The notes under the pieces are model-generated. The model made no database searches and was not told where the DNA came from. It was given only the letters and a program-made list of their open reading frames with translations. 64,000 bases of DNA, from the IMG/VR virus record IMGVR_UViG_3300032562_000004, positions 171,813 to 235,812 of that record, one strand, 5' to 3'. Below, piece by piece: positions 26,911-36,486 of this stretch (position 1 is its first letter; every line of letters begins with the position of its first letter). The translations under genes and the position numbers were made by a program.

Positions 26911-27819
26911 CTATTTTGAAACTATTTTCGCCAAAGGTTGTCCACCTTTAATCGAATCTAAAACGCCTGGCTTACGCAACTCTAGCCAAGTACTTGCTTC
27001 GTACGTATTATAAGAATACGCAATTTCATATCCTATATTAATGGCTAAATTTTTGATAAATGAACCAGGGGTATAGGATCTATGATTTTTTTCAGCTAAT
27101 CGAACAGCACTAACTCGGTCGCAATCATTAAATGTCATAATGAAAGTTCCTCCTGGTTTGAGCTTTTCGAAAACTTCTTTTAAATATTTTTGAATCATTT
27201 CAAAAGGACGATAATCCAAATAATCATAGGCCAAGCACAATCCAATTTGATTATTAGGTATTTTACTTAAAATTTCTCGATCAAAATCTTCGACAATAGT
27301 ATAAGAGCGTAGTCGATTTTGATATTGAGTACTAAAAGTGCTTAATGCTGGTAATAATAAATCATGTTTTAAATCCACAATGTATAATGGATCATGCCCT
27401 ACCATATCTTCAATAAAAGGTCCTGCGCTAGGTCTGATAATTAGTGCGGGCATACGCCAATCAGCATATAGCTTTACTCTACTACGGTATAGGTCCATGC
27501 TTATACGATTATTTGTACGGATCTTTAAGACTGTTGCGCTATCCTCGTATAATTCCCATTCAAGTACATCGGTATAAGATTTATAACTTTCTTGAAATAG
27601 TGGTGGTTCAGCATCACTAATATCTTTATCTAACTGAGTTTTTAAATTATTAAAATCGCGTTCAAACATATCAAACGCATCGTTGATATCCTGTTGTCGT
27701 TTATTAAGACTAGCGGCTAGATATGTAATTTCATTTAATGACTGATTAGCAATATCTCTGGCAGGTACCGCAGATAATTTATCTAACTGATTTTTTAAGA
27801 ATACGAGATCACTCAACAT
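26911..27819 (-). CDS. Class I SAM-dependent methyltransferase-like protein with N-terminal coiled coil
   Basis: C-terminal ...LKEVFEKLKPGGTFIMTF motif. Confidence 0.6.
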   Translation of the reverse strand: MLSDLVFLKNQLDKLSAVPARDIANQSLNEITYLAASLNKRQQDINDAFDMFERDFNNLKTQLDKDISDAEPPLFQESYKSYTDVLEWELYEDSATVLKIRTNNRISMDLYRSRVKLYADWRMPALIIRPSAGPFIEDMVGHDPLYIVDLKHDLLLPALSTFSTQYQNRLRSYTIVEDFDREILSKIPNNQIGLCLAYDYLDYRPFEMIQKYLKEVFEKLKPGGTFIMTFNDCDRVSAVRLAEKNHRSYTPGSFIKNLAINIGYEIAYSYNTYEASTWLELRKPGVLDSIKGGQPLAKIVSK

Positions 27820-27821
27820 AA

Positions 27822-30482
27822 TTAGAACTCAAATAAATTTTGAAATGTATTTTCAGTATTAGTAGCACTAGCTAAGTCCCAATCTAATACACTTAATAAG
27901 TTATCAATCTTTTGGTCTACAATAGTAGCTTCCATTAAGGCATCATCAAATGGAAGTTCTTTAAACCAATCAGGCAAACGTTGCTCATCTGTAGGGTAAC
28001 CAATACTAGTCCAACCCAATGGATTTGGCTTTAACTTACATACAATAGTTTTCATGCCGTCGACTACCGCAATAGAATAATTGTCGCTATTCATACGACG
28101 TAGATTGTTCCAGTTTAGTGCCGCACGAACGTGTCCTGGCATATTAGCTTTGCCTGCTTTTTCTTCAGCCGCACCATATTTGGTCAAGTTGTTTACACGT
28201 TTAGGTGTACCCTTTTCCCAAGCTGGACGCTCAGCAAACGCATACTTAAATTCTCTAATGCGCTCAACAATTTCTTCACGACCTGTACCAGTTAATACCT
28301 TTTCCAAAATCTCACTTAAAAACTCTTGAATTATTTTAGGAGTATCCGAACGCTTTAAGTCTAAGCCCATAGCTTTAATCTTGCCTGGCTTACCGTCTAC
28401 GTCAAGGCGCTTGCCTTCTAAGTCATAAATTAATACAGCATAACGCTTCTTAGTAATAAACAAACTATTAGATGCTACTAGTTCGCGACCCGCTTTAATA
28501 AGTTCGCCAGCTTCACGAGGACAGTGGAAAGCCTGTTCCATAAATGCCGGAAATGAATCATTAACTTGATCCGCAATGCTATCATAGAGTTGAATACAAC
28601 TTTCTTTACTCCAAGACATCTTTCCAGCCGCCACATCATCTTTGATAGCTGGCCACGCTGTAAAATAGCATGAGTCAGTGTCACCATAGATAATTGCTTG
28701 TCCTAAATGGTCTTTAACCCCAAAGATACATTCGTTAATATAACTAGCCATGTGTCGAGCAATACTACGACCCGATAGTGTAGTTGACTGTCCAATACGC
28801 TTGTCAAAGAAACGACAATGTGGATTTAAAATAGCACCGTATAACGAATTTAAGTTAATCTTCTTAACTAACTGTCGCTTATCCCAGAACGCAATCATCT
28901 TAGGATCAGTAGCTTCTTTTTTCTTAGCTTGAAGTTCTTTACGTTCAGCATACCAACGCTCTAACAATCCTGGCACAACACCTTTACGCTCATATGTAAC
29001 AATAGTGCCATTAGCGGTTAGCATCCAAGGTTTGTTAGAATTAAATACCATCTCCCAAATCTCAGCCGCACTATGTACAGTACTATCGCCATCTTGCCAG
29101 TCGATTGTAATTTCAGTACCACGCTGTTGATCCATGACCGCTGTATATTCTAATGTAGCAAACATACCTTCCCACGCTGCCGCAAATGATTTGCCTTTAC
29201 CAACAATTTCATTAATGTAACGATCAGTCATAATAGGACGAAGTTGTCCTACTACAGTTTCCATTCCCATGTTCAACGCACGAATAGCAGATGGATAAAG
29301 TGAGTTAATATCCACAGCGCCGATCCATTCATGAATACCCTTTTTAGGATACGCAACATAAGCACCTGCGGCCGCTGTATCTTCTTCGTCTGTTAATCTT
29401 TGTTTACGATTAGGTACAACAAGTCCACGCTCATGTGCTTCGTTAATAATAGCTTGTTCAGTAACAGCTACGGCACCCATTGTAGTTGCTAACAATACAG
29501 TATTGGCGTGTGCGAGTTCGTTAGCTAAGTCCAAGAAGCGTAACTTCTTATCTAACTTGTCTAACAACAATGTATCTTGCCTGTTATACACAATAAACTG
29601 TTTAAAGTCTTGATTGTATAATTGATCCAATGTGCCTTCGTATTGTGTTTTACTTTCGCCTAGTTCATATTCAGAAATAGCATCCAATGAATAACTGTGT
29701 CGTTCTTCATAGGTGTACTTACGATATAATTGCATATAGTCCATGTGTACACGACCTACGATATCATAAGTTGTGCTAGTAGCACCATATCGCTCAAATT
29801 CACGCTCTTTAGGGAATTGACCCCACAAGCAGAATCTGCGTGTATCATCTTTAGACAATACTCGCTTGATACGATTTACTGTGTATGGTATATCATAGCC
29901 TTCTGAGTTCCAACCTGAAATAACATCTGCGTCATCGATTAAGTCCAGGAATGTTTTTAACATATCCTCTTCTTTTTCAAACACAATACAGTTTTCAAAG
30001 TCTTTAGCAATATCATTAGCTGTTTCGATACTCATATGCTTGGGTGGCACAACCAATGTAACTAGTTGCTCCATCCATTGTAAGTAAACAGAAATAGCTG
30101 TAATGCCGTTGAATGGATCAGTGGTAGGAGAGAATCCTTTCTCCTTGTGAAAGTCTACTTCAATGTCGAAGAATGCCGCATGGAGTTCTGGAGCATCTTT
30201 ATTTTTGTAATTTTCTTCTAAACAACGGAAGATAGGATTGATATCAGATTCATAAAGTTGTTTGCCTTTTTGAATGGCTACTTCCTTACGAAACTCTTTA
30301 CTATTACGACTAGAAAAGCGGGCAACTGGTGTGCCATAGATAGAAGTAAATTTACCTCTAGGATCGTTGTAGTAAAAGATATAATCAGCGGGGTATTCTT
30401 TATAAATTCTTTCCCCGTTGATTCGTTCTACAACATGAATTCGATCGTGTTCACGATCATATAGACAATCTACATAACTCAA
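27822..30482 (-). CDS. Family B DNA polymerase (T4 gp43-like)
   Basis: Exo FDIE, DINSLYPS, KINLNSLYG, YGDTDS; TTG start with GGAG SD. Confidence 0.97.
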   Translation of the reverse strand: MSYVDCLYDREHDRIHVVERINGERIYKEYPADYIFYYNDPRGKFTSIYGTPVARFSSRNSKEFRKEVAIQKGKQLYESDINPIFRCLEENYKNKDAPELHAAFFDIEVDFHKEKGFSPTTDPFNGITAISVYLQWMEQLVTLVVPPKHMSIETANDIAKDFENCIVFEKEEDMLKTFLDLIDDADVISGWNSEGYDIPYTVNRIKRVLSKDDTRRFCLWGQFPKEREFERYGATSTTYDIVGRVHMDYMQLYRKYTYEERHSYSLDAISEYELGESKTQYEGTLDQLYNQDFKQFIVYNRQDTLLLDKLDKKLRFLDLANELAHANTVLLATTMGAVAVTEQAIINEAHERGLVVPNRKQRLTDEEDTAAAGAYVAYPKKGIHEWIGAVDINSLYPSAIRALNMGMETVVGQLRPIMTDRYINEIVGKGKSFAAAWEGMFATLEYTAVMDQQRGTEITIDWQDGDSTVHSAAEIWEMVFNSNKPWMLTANGTIVTYERKGVVPGLLERWYAERKELQAKKKEATDPKMIAFWDKRQLVKKINLNSLYGAILNPHCRFFDKRIGQSTTLSGRSIARHMASYINECIFGVKDHLGQAIIYGDTDSCYFTAWPAIKDDVAAGKMSWSKESCIQLYDSIADQVNDSFPAFMEQAFHCPREAGELIKAGRELVASNSLFITKKRYAVLIYDLEGKRLDVDGKPGKIKAMGLDLKRSDTPKIIQEFLSEILEKVLTGTGREEIVERIREFKYAFAERPAWEKGTPKRVNNLTKYGAAEEKAGKANMPGHVRAALNWNNLRRMNSDNYSIAVVDGMKTIVCKLKPNPLGWTSIGYPTDEQRLPDWFKELPFDDALMEATIVDQKIDNLLSVLDWDLASATNTENTFQNLFEF

Positions 30483-30550
30483 ATTAATCTCCGTTTATGG
30501 CCGGTAAGCCTTGTTTCATGTTCGTTAAGCGAACGACTCTTACTGCTAAC
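30483..30550 (-). promoter_or_regulatory. Structured leader of the DNA polymerase gene
   Basis: GTTCG-CTTAA-CGAAC hairpin and CCG-GCCATAAA-CGG hairpin overlapping GGAG. Confidence 0.5.
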
Positions 30551-30558
30551 TATAATAT

Positions 30559-30819
30559 TTATAGTGTTTTGCCCACTTGAGTTAAAATTTGTTCTAGCAA
30601 GCTATGGTCATCTTGTGTACGGCCAAATTCAGCTTTGTGAGCAATCTTAATAGCTTTTTTAAGGATAGCTGGTTTAATTTCTAATTCTTCAGCAATAGCT
30701 TTAACTGTGTCATTCAATCCACCTTGTAGTGTTTCGATTTCCATAGTAACAGCCATACCTTCATTGATAATTTGCTCTAATTTTTTAGTTTGTTCTGCTG
30801 TGAATACGCGGTCTGACAT
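30559..30819 (-). CDS. Small DNA-binding protein (DsbA/GapR-like)
   Basis: 86-aa helical protein, ...VKAIAEELEIKPAILKKAIKIAHK. Confidence 0.55.
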   Translation of the reverse strand: MSDRVFTAEQTKKLEQIINEGMAVTMEIETLQGGLNDTVKAIAEELEIKPAILKKAIKIAHKAEFGRTQDDHSLLEQILTQVGKTL

Positions 30820-30846
30820 TTAGTTCTCCTGTTAATAATGTTACAA

Positions 30847-30875
30847 GTATACAGGATATTTTGGATGAAGTCAAA
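30847..30875 (-). promoter_or_regulatory. sigma70-type promoter
   Basis: TTGACT-TCATCCAAAATATCCTG-TATACT. Confidence 0.75.
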
Positions 30876-30879
30876 TGAT

Positions 30880-30975
30880 AAAAGACACTTTTGGCTAAAC
30901 GGTAGCGAATCGCTTTACCAAGGCAGGCTCCGCCTACACCGGCCGTTTTACAACGGTCCTAAGGGTGTTCTTTAC
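30880..30975 (-). ncRNA. Candidate multi-stem ncRNA driven by a late promoter
   Basis: Closing stem AAAGAACAC/GTGTCTTT with three internal hairpins; GC-rich island in AT-rich DNA; TAAATA at 30988..30983. Confidence 0.55.
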
Positions 30976-31072
30976 ATATAAGTATTTACCGAAGTACAGT
31001 TTTCAAAATGCCAACGATTCATAGCATTAGAGTAGTTGGATATCCCCATATCGCGAACTACACTTTTATTTA
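30972..31072 (-). pseudogene. Homing-endonuclease relic: conserved leader (copy 3) fused to C-terminal MNRWHFENC
   Basis: TAAATAAAAGTGTAGTTCGC-GATAT-GGGG-ATATC-CAACTACTCTAATGCT followed by ATG AAT CGT TGG CAT TTT GAA AAC TGT. Confidence 0.75.
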
Positions 31073-31153
31073 TCTATAGATAACAGGTGCGTAAGGATTA
31101 AGTTTATAATCCTCATCACCGTGTTGTTCTGGATAAACTGGATATTCGTTCAT
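31070..31153 (-). CDS. 27-aa peptide MNEYPVYPEQHGDEDYKLNPYAPVIYR
   Basis: Manual translation; preceded by TAAATA. Confidence 0.5.
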   Translation of the reverse strand: MNEYPVYPEQHGDEDYKLNPYAPVIYR

Positions 31154-31161
31154 ATTAATAT

Positions 31162-32256
31162 TTATTTAAAATCGTTATCGGACAAATAATAGTCTTCAAT
31201 ATTAAATTTATGGATAATATTGAAATCAGTATCGATACCTTCAAACATCATACGCTGTAAGAAAACAGTTCGTAAGCTAGGCTTTTTGAGTTTATTATCG
31301 AGATAGTCTTGATTTTTATCAAATTCAAATATTTCTAATTTTGCTTGTTTTTTATACTCAACCCATTTTGTGATATTCCTAGCATCTTGCGAGTTAATAC
31401 TCCAAAGTTGGAAATCAGTTGAATCATAAAAATGGTGTAAGTATGTATTCATAAATTCTTCAGAAAAGTTATGCCATAGTTTCGGAGAGCATAACACTAA
31501 TAATCTAAATCTTACTGATTGCCACTTAAAGCAAAAGTTCCACCACCAAAACCAATCAGCATTTTTTTCTATTGTTATACCGTATGTGTCAGCTGAACGA
31601 CATACTGCGTCTATTAATAATGTAGAAACTTTAGGAACTTGTATTTTGCTGTTTAAGTACGAAAATATAATATCTTTAGAAAAGCTATTATTAAAAACAT
31701 CAGCTCTTTCTAACATAAAGTTTTTTAACATATCGCTACCAAATAATTGGTCGTTATGCTCACCTGTTACTAATATAATACTTTTATCAAATAACCAAGG
31801 AATAGTTTCACTATTGATTATTTGTAATTTGCCAGCAATATAATTTCTAAAGAATTCCTGATTTTCAATTACTGCGTCATAGCTTGTTAATACTCTAATT
31901 CTATCTTTAACTTCAGCTAACGGATAATTTTCTAAAAAACTAATCAACATTCTTGTACTGTCGATGCCGCCGCTCCACATAATGCCTAATGGCTTTTGTA
32001 GTCGAATGCTAAGTTCCCATAGTTCAGCAGCTCGTTTGTTACAACAATCTCTATAAGATAAAAAATTTGATGTTAATAGCGGTAACTCGCTACCTGGATA
32101 TACTTTAGTGTTGATTGGTTGTTTAAACTGGTTAGTTCTATCTACTAACCCAACAGCATTACTAATAGTTTTGTACATTGCTTTCCAGTCAGCAACTTCT
32201 GAATATAATGGTGTCGGTAATACAGCATTAGAATTAAAATAATAAACGGATTTCAT
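31162..32256 (-). CDS. PP-loop (N-type) ATP pyrophosphatase, QueC/asparagine-synthetase-like
   Basis: IMWSGGIDST, VTGEHNDQLFG; ATGA overlap with the upstream gene. Confidence 0.7.
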   Translation of the reverse strand: MKSVYYFNSNAVLPTPLYSEVADWKAMYKTISNAVGLVDRTNQFKQPINTKVYPGSELPLLTSNFLSYRDCCNKRAAELWELSIRLQKPLGIMWSGGIDSTRMLISFLENYPLAEVKDRIRVLTSYDAVIENQEFFRNYIAGKLQIINSETIPWLFDKSIILVTGEHNDQLFGSDMLKNFMLERADVFNNSFSKDIIFSYLNSKIQVPKVSTLLIDAVCRSADTYGITIEKNADWFWWWNFCFKWQSVRFRLLVLCSPKLWHNFSEEFMNTYLHHFYDSTDFQLWSINSQDARNITKWVEYKKQAKLEIFEFDKNQDYLDNKLKKPSLRTVFLQRMMFEGIDTDFNIIHKFNIEDYYLSDNDFK

Positions 32257-32885
32257 GTTTCGGCATTGCCCCAAAATTCTGTATATATTTGCATTCTTAC
32301 AATATCTAATTCTTCTTGCGTAATTGCTTGGTTAATCATATCTTTGAATTTTTCTGCTAGGGCAGTAATTCTAAATTTAGTTATATTTTCAGTCTCAATT
32401 TTCAAACTTAACTCAGCAAATACTTGTTCAACCGGACGCTCAACAATGCGAGCATACTCTTCTATCATAAGAGTATAAAATCCTTTACTAGGATCGCATT
32501 TTGTTATTTCTATATCGGCGACGGCACTAAACGCTGTCCATTTTGTTGTATCGACTCTTAATAAAGCATTTCCAGTATGGGTTTCCCATATACCAAATAA
32601 AATATGTCTGCGCTTTATAATTTCACGATTAATTAACCAAGATTCACTAACTTGAGTTGGATCAATAGGAACTAACTGTCCTGATCGCTTGTCATTTTTC
32701 CAAACATTATCATAAAATTCTGTTCGGTTTTTAAACTTTTCATAGTTATTTACAAATGGTGTAATACCACGCACAAAGCAATCAATAGAACTTGACGCTA
32801 ATGCGTTAGCTGTAACTAATCGATTGGTAGAAGTGTAAACACAAAAATTTTCGTGACTTACTACAAGGTAGTGCATATCGTACAT
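32253..32885 (-). CDS. Hypothetical protein
   Basis: 210-aa ORF coupled to the PP-loop gene. Confidence 0.65.
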   Translation of the reverse strand: MYDMHYLVVSHENFCVYTSTNRLVTANALASSSIDCFVRGITPFVNNYEKFKNRTEFYDNVWKNDKRSGQLVPIDPTQVSESWLINREIIKRRHILFGIWETHTGNALLRVDTTKWTAFSAVADIEITKCDPSKGFYTLMIEEYARIVERPVEQVFAELSLKIETENITKFRITALAEKFKDMINQAITQEELDIVRMQIYTEFWGNAET

Positions 32886-32921
32886 ATGATATACTTATAC
32901 TGCTAGATTTTGTTTAAATTA

Positions 32922-35408
32922 TTATTGACCTTGGATAGACCAGTCGTAGTCTACATTAACGACAACTTTGCCTTGCTTACCATAATATGCGTATGGATCA
33001 AACTCGTCACTAGTAACTTTGATACGCTTACTACTGCCATCATCAAAATATACTGTCCAAACAAAGTATTCGCCTGGGCGCAAACTTTCATTAACTTCGT
33101 CTTTAATCAAACGCAATGCTTCTTTGCGTACTTGAATATGACCGCCGTTATCTAAGTCTACTGTATAATATCCAGGAGCGCCTTTAAATGCGCCTGGACG
33201 GATTTCTCCAATAGTGCCCATTTGTCCAGCTTCAGGACCTTTAACAATCTTAACACGATTGCCTAAGTTCTTAGCTTCACTGATAGCTTCAGCTAACATA
33301 ACATCTAGGTTTTCGATACTTTCACAATGCCATTTTCTAAGTGATAATGCTTTACGAGTTGGCTCTCCGTTGGGCTTTTTCATAGGACCCTTCATGCCAC
33401 TCATACGAGCGCAAAATGATTTGCGGCGCTTATCATCTTTACTGCCTTTTTTAATTTTACTAGGCTTTTTAGTAACAGCGGTTTGTAGTTTAGATCCAGG
33501 ATGTTCTTTGCGATAAGAGTCAACACCTTTCTTGTTTAAGCCGCCGTTTTTATTCTTGCCTGATTTCTTTTGCCAAGCGGCTGTTTCGTCTACAGCTTTC
33601 TTTTTAGCAATAGCAATAGCAGCTTGTTGTGCTGGGTTAGCGGCTTCTTCAACAGATTCATTAGGCACACAGTTACGCACTCGGCCACCATTTTTGCCCT
33701 TCTTAGTTCCTTCTTCGTGTTTGCCAGGCCAACATTTGGAAAAACCATTTGAATCTTTTTGACCTTTTTTGATTTCTGTAAATGTTTTACGAGCTGATTC
33801 ATAGATAGCAGGTTTAGTAATATTGTATCCATTACGAACAGCCCACGATAAGAAATTATCTGATTCTTCAAGTTGACCAGTTAATCCTTTGTAAGCACCT
33901 TTAACCATGTCAATTTGTTTTTGTCCAACTTGTTGCATAAATGATTTTTTAGGTTCAGCTTTCTTAGGTGCCTTAGGAGCTGTCATTTGCTTAATAGCAT
34001 ATTCTTCAGCATCCTTGCGTAACTTAGCACCTTCTTCATCAGTCATTTCACCTAATCTAGCGGCAGCCGCTTTTTTCAATTGATTAGCGTGTTTGCCGGC
34101 ACCACTTTGCATTACTGACTTAGGAGCATGGGTACTTTTTCTAAGAGGTTGCGATAAAGGATTAGAGCGAACGGTCATGTTGCCATCAATGCCCTCATCT
34201 ACTTCTTGATCATCGCCGTTAATTTCGTGTTCGTCACCTTTGTGTAAATCTGGATCAGGTTGACTCTTCATACCTTTAGCTTTAGCAATTAAATATGCTA
34301 ATTCTTTATCACCCATTGGATTGTCTAACTCTTCCAAGCCGCCAAAACCTTGCCCTGGCTTAGGAGGATTTGGATCTGTACCTTTCCAGTATCCGCCAAA
34401 CTTAGGACCATCTGGATGATGTGCGGCTGCAGCCATTGATCCTTCCTTCATGATAGGATTTAATGTAATCTTATCTGCTTTTTCTTTTTCGCCTTGGTTG
34501 TATAATTTCTTCTTCCAGTTATCGTGAAAGCGGCGAGCATCTTCATAGTAATCAAACTGTTTAACGGACTTGCCGGCTAAACAAACTTCATATGGCTCTA
34601 CTTTGTTAAAGTCTTGCCAACCTTCTACTTTAATTAATTCATCCTGGTCAGGCTCGCCTGGGGCAGAATCTTTCCATTCTTCGACTGTAGCAGGAGCTTT
34701 AGTAATACCATGTTCTTTGTTAGCTTTTTTACGCCAAGCGATATAACTACCATTATTGTTTACACCACCACCATGCTCATCTAAGTCTGCTTTGCGAGCT
34801 CGCATAGCATTATGGCCTTTGGACCACAATAAATGTTCTGGCGATCCTTTTGGATGCGGATTGCTATCATATGATTTACCTTTAATAGCGGCATGCATGC
34901 CAGCATCGTGCGGGCTTACTTTTAAACTTTCGTCTACATCGCGATTTTTGTTATTGTAGAATTTTTTAATACTACGAGCACTTGTGCGTGGCTTTGGAGC
35001 AATACGATAATCTCTGCCTGGGGCTTGTTCTTTTTTGCGACGAACTACAGCTTTAGCTTCTTCCTTGCTACCGTAAGTTCCTTCTTTAGTGCCGTCAATA
35101 AAAACTGTATATGTATAATTTGTATCTGCGTAGTCTTCTTCTAAATCAAACGCATCTAAATTACTTTGTGCTGTTCTTTCATTATGGGCCAATGTTTCTG
35201 CGCCCGGAGCTTCATCTACTTTTAGTTTGTAATAACTGTCGCGCTCTGCTTTAGCTTTAGCGTATGCGTGACGCATAGCTTCTTTATATTTAGGATCGTT
35301 TGATTCTTTAGCACGAGCTAAAAAGTCATCCATTTTAGCATTTAAGTCTTCAATACGACGTGCTTCAAGGTCGTCGATAGCCCCTTCAAATATATCAAAT
35401 AAATTCAT
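32922..35408 (-). CDS. Large mosaic, probably virion-internal polyprotein (includes a DUF6321-like module, a CWPG..K..C motif and a KOW-like module)
   Basis: Many short modules separated by V/L-x-E linkers; AWQKKSGKNKNGGLNKKG...RRKSFCARM; RVKIVKGPEAGQMGTI. Confidence 0.75.
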   Translation of the reverse strand: MNLFDIFEGAIDDLEARRIEDLNAKMDDFLARAKESNDPKYKEAMRHAYAKAKAERDSYYKLKVDEAPGAETLAHNERTAQSNLDAFDLEEDYADTNYTYTVFIDGTKEGTYGSKEEAKAVVRRKKEQAPGRDYRIAPKPRTSARSIKKFYNNKNRDVDESLKVSPHDAGMHAAIKGKSYDSNPHPKGSPEHLLWSKGHNAMRARKADLDEHGGGVNNNGSYIAWRKKANKEHGITKAPATVEEWKDSAPGEPDQDELIKVEGWQDFNKVEPYEVCLAGKSVKQFDYYEDARRFHDNWKKKLYNQGEKEKADKITLNPIMKEGSMAAAAHHPDGPKFGGYWKGTDPNPPKPGQGFGGLEELDNPMGDKELAYLIAKAKGMKSQPDPDLHKGDEHEINGDDQEVDEGIDGNMTVRSNPLSQPLRKSTHAPKSVMQSGAGKHANQLKKAAAARLGEMTDEEGAKLRKDAEEYAIKQMTAPKAPKKAEPKKSFMQQVGQKQIDMVKGAYKGLTGQLEESDNFLSWAVRNGYNITKPAIYESARKTFTEIKKGQKDSNGFSKCWPGKHEEGTKKGKNGGRVRNCVPNESVEEAANPAQQAAIAIAKKKAVDETAAWQKKSGKNKNGGLNKKGVDSYRKEHPGSKLQTAVTKKPSKIKKGSKDDKRRKSFCARMSGMKGPMKKPNGEPTRKALSLRKWHCESIENLDVMLAEAISEAKNLGNRVKIVKGPEAGQMGTIGEIRPGAFKGAPGYYTVDLDNGGHIQVRKEALRLIKDEVNESLRPGEYFVWTVYFDDGSSKRIKVTSDEFDPYAYYGKQGKVVVNVDYDWSIQGQ

Positions 35409-35409
35409 T

Positions 35410-36486
35410 CTATTTTTCTTCTATGTAATCAGCCGATTGCTCAGCGTCATGTTTGGCTTTACGACGAGCCATATACATTTCTAATGCTATTTCACATTCT
35501 TCTAAACTGCTAAAACGACTTGGTAATTCTTTGCCAGCACGTTTGATACAAAAGCCATTGCGCTCATCGCCGTGGATCTCAACTAATACAGAGCCGCCGC
35601 CACCTGAGCCAATGCCAACATCCTCGACTGGAACATTAACTGTTTTAACTGGAGCTGTTGCGCTTTCTGCGTATGTAGGATCAGTTAACCCAGCAGGCGC
35701 TTCGCCTTGTGCCGGAGTTTGATTTGGATCTTCGTCCAACTCATTTTCGTGTTCGCCGTATTCGTCGGCATCTTCATCATCGGCGTATTGATTGTATTCA
35801 ACATTAGCAGCATTAAAACTGTGTGTTCCGTGATTGTATAAATTTACAATTATAAAATTACTGCGTTGTCCAAAATCAACAATTTCGCCAGTAGCGCCGC
35901 TAAACTGTACATCGCCAATAATTTCAACTGGGTCACCAATTCGTAATTCTTGACCTTCTTCTAAACTATCAGGGATAGCTTCTTCTACATCTTGTTCTTT
36001 TTTCTTTGCTAACTCAGCACGAGTTTGTTGTGCTAACTTGTTGCCTACGCCTGTGCCTTGTTTGTTGAAGCCCGGAGGATTGCGAAACGGTTTAGCCGGA
36101 GCCGGTGTGTATGGTGCGTCGGGATCTTGATCAGCTTCGTCGACTGATTCTTTAGACTGTAGTTCTAAATCTTTTAATTCTTTTTTCTTTAAGTCTAAGT
36201 CTTGTTTTTTCTTAGTAATTAAATCTTTGTCTTGTTTGAGTGAATCTTCTGCTGATTTTAAATAATCAACTAAACTTGCTTTAACTTTTGATAGTACATC
36301 GTCTGACTTCTCTTCGGCAAACTCAACACCACCGACACCAGGAGTAAAATCCTCTTCGGCTTTTTTTAAATTATTAAAGAGTGCTGGTTTCTTCTGTTTA
36401 GATTCAGCAATATGCTCATGCTTAGGAGCTATGCGCCCCTCAAGTATGGCTAATTTTTCTACAATACTATAAAAGTTATGGTCCAT
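35410..36486 (-). CDS. Acidic mosaic protein, probably virion-internal
   Basis: LEG/FAEE/VDEA/VEEA/LEEG/LDED/YAES linkers; KOW-like LRIGDPVEIIG...GATGEIVD. Confidence 0.65.
   Translation of the reverse strand: MDHNFYSIVEKLAILEGRIAPKHEHIAESKQKKPALFNNLKKAEEDFTPGVGGVEFAEEKSDDVLSKVKASLVDYLKSAEDSLKQDKDLITKKKQDLDLKKKELKDLELQSKESVDEADQDPDAPYTPAPAKPFRNPPGFNKQGTGVGNKLAQQTRAELAKKKEQDVEEAIPDSLEEGQELRIGDPVEIIGDVQFSGATGEIVDFGQRSNFIIVNLYNHGTHSFNAANVEYNQYADDEDADEYGEHENELDEDPNQTPAQGEAPAGLTDPTYAESATAPVKTVNVPVEDVGIGSGGGGSVLVEIHGDERNGFCIKRAGKELPSRFSSLEECEIALEMYMARRKAKHDAEQSADYIEEK

Noticed and set aside
27822-30482. Intron or intein in the DNA polymerase
   Set aside because: The ORF is continuous at a normal 886 aa with PolB motifs in order and no intein C/S...HN pattern.
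30895-30925. GCGAAT resembling the J4/2 strand of an HDV-like (theta) ribozyme
   Set aside because: I could not build the nested double pseudoknot (P1, P1.1, P3) around it, and no tRNA is adjacent.
31162-32256. Calling the PP-loop protein queC
   Set aside because: Only the SGGxDS motif is shared. The QueC zinc-binding cysteines are not evident and the gene lies outside the que cluster.
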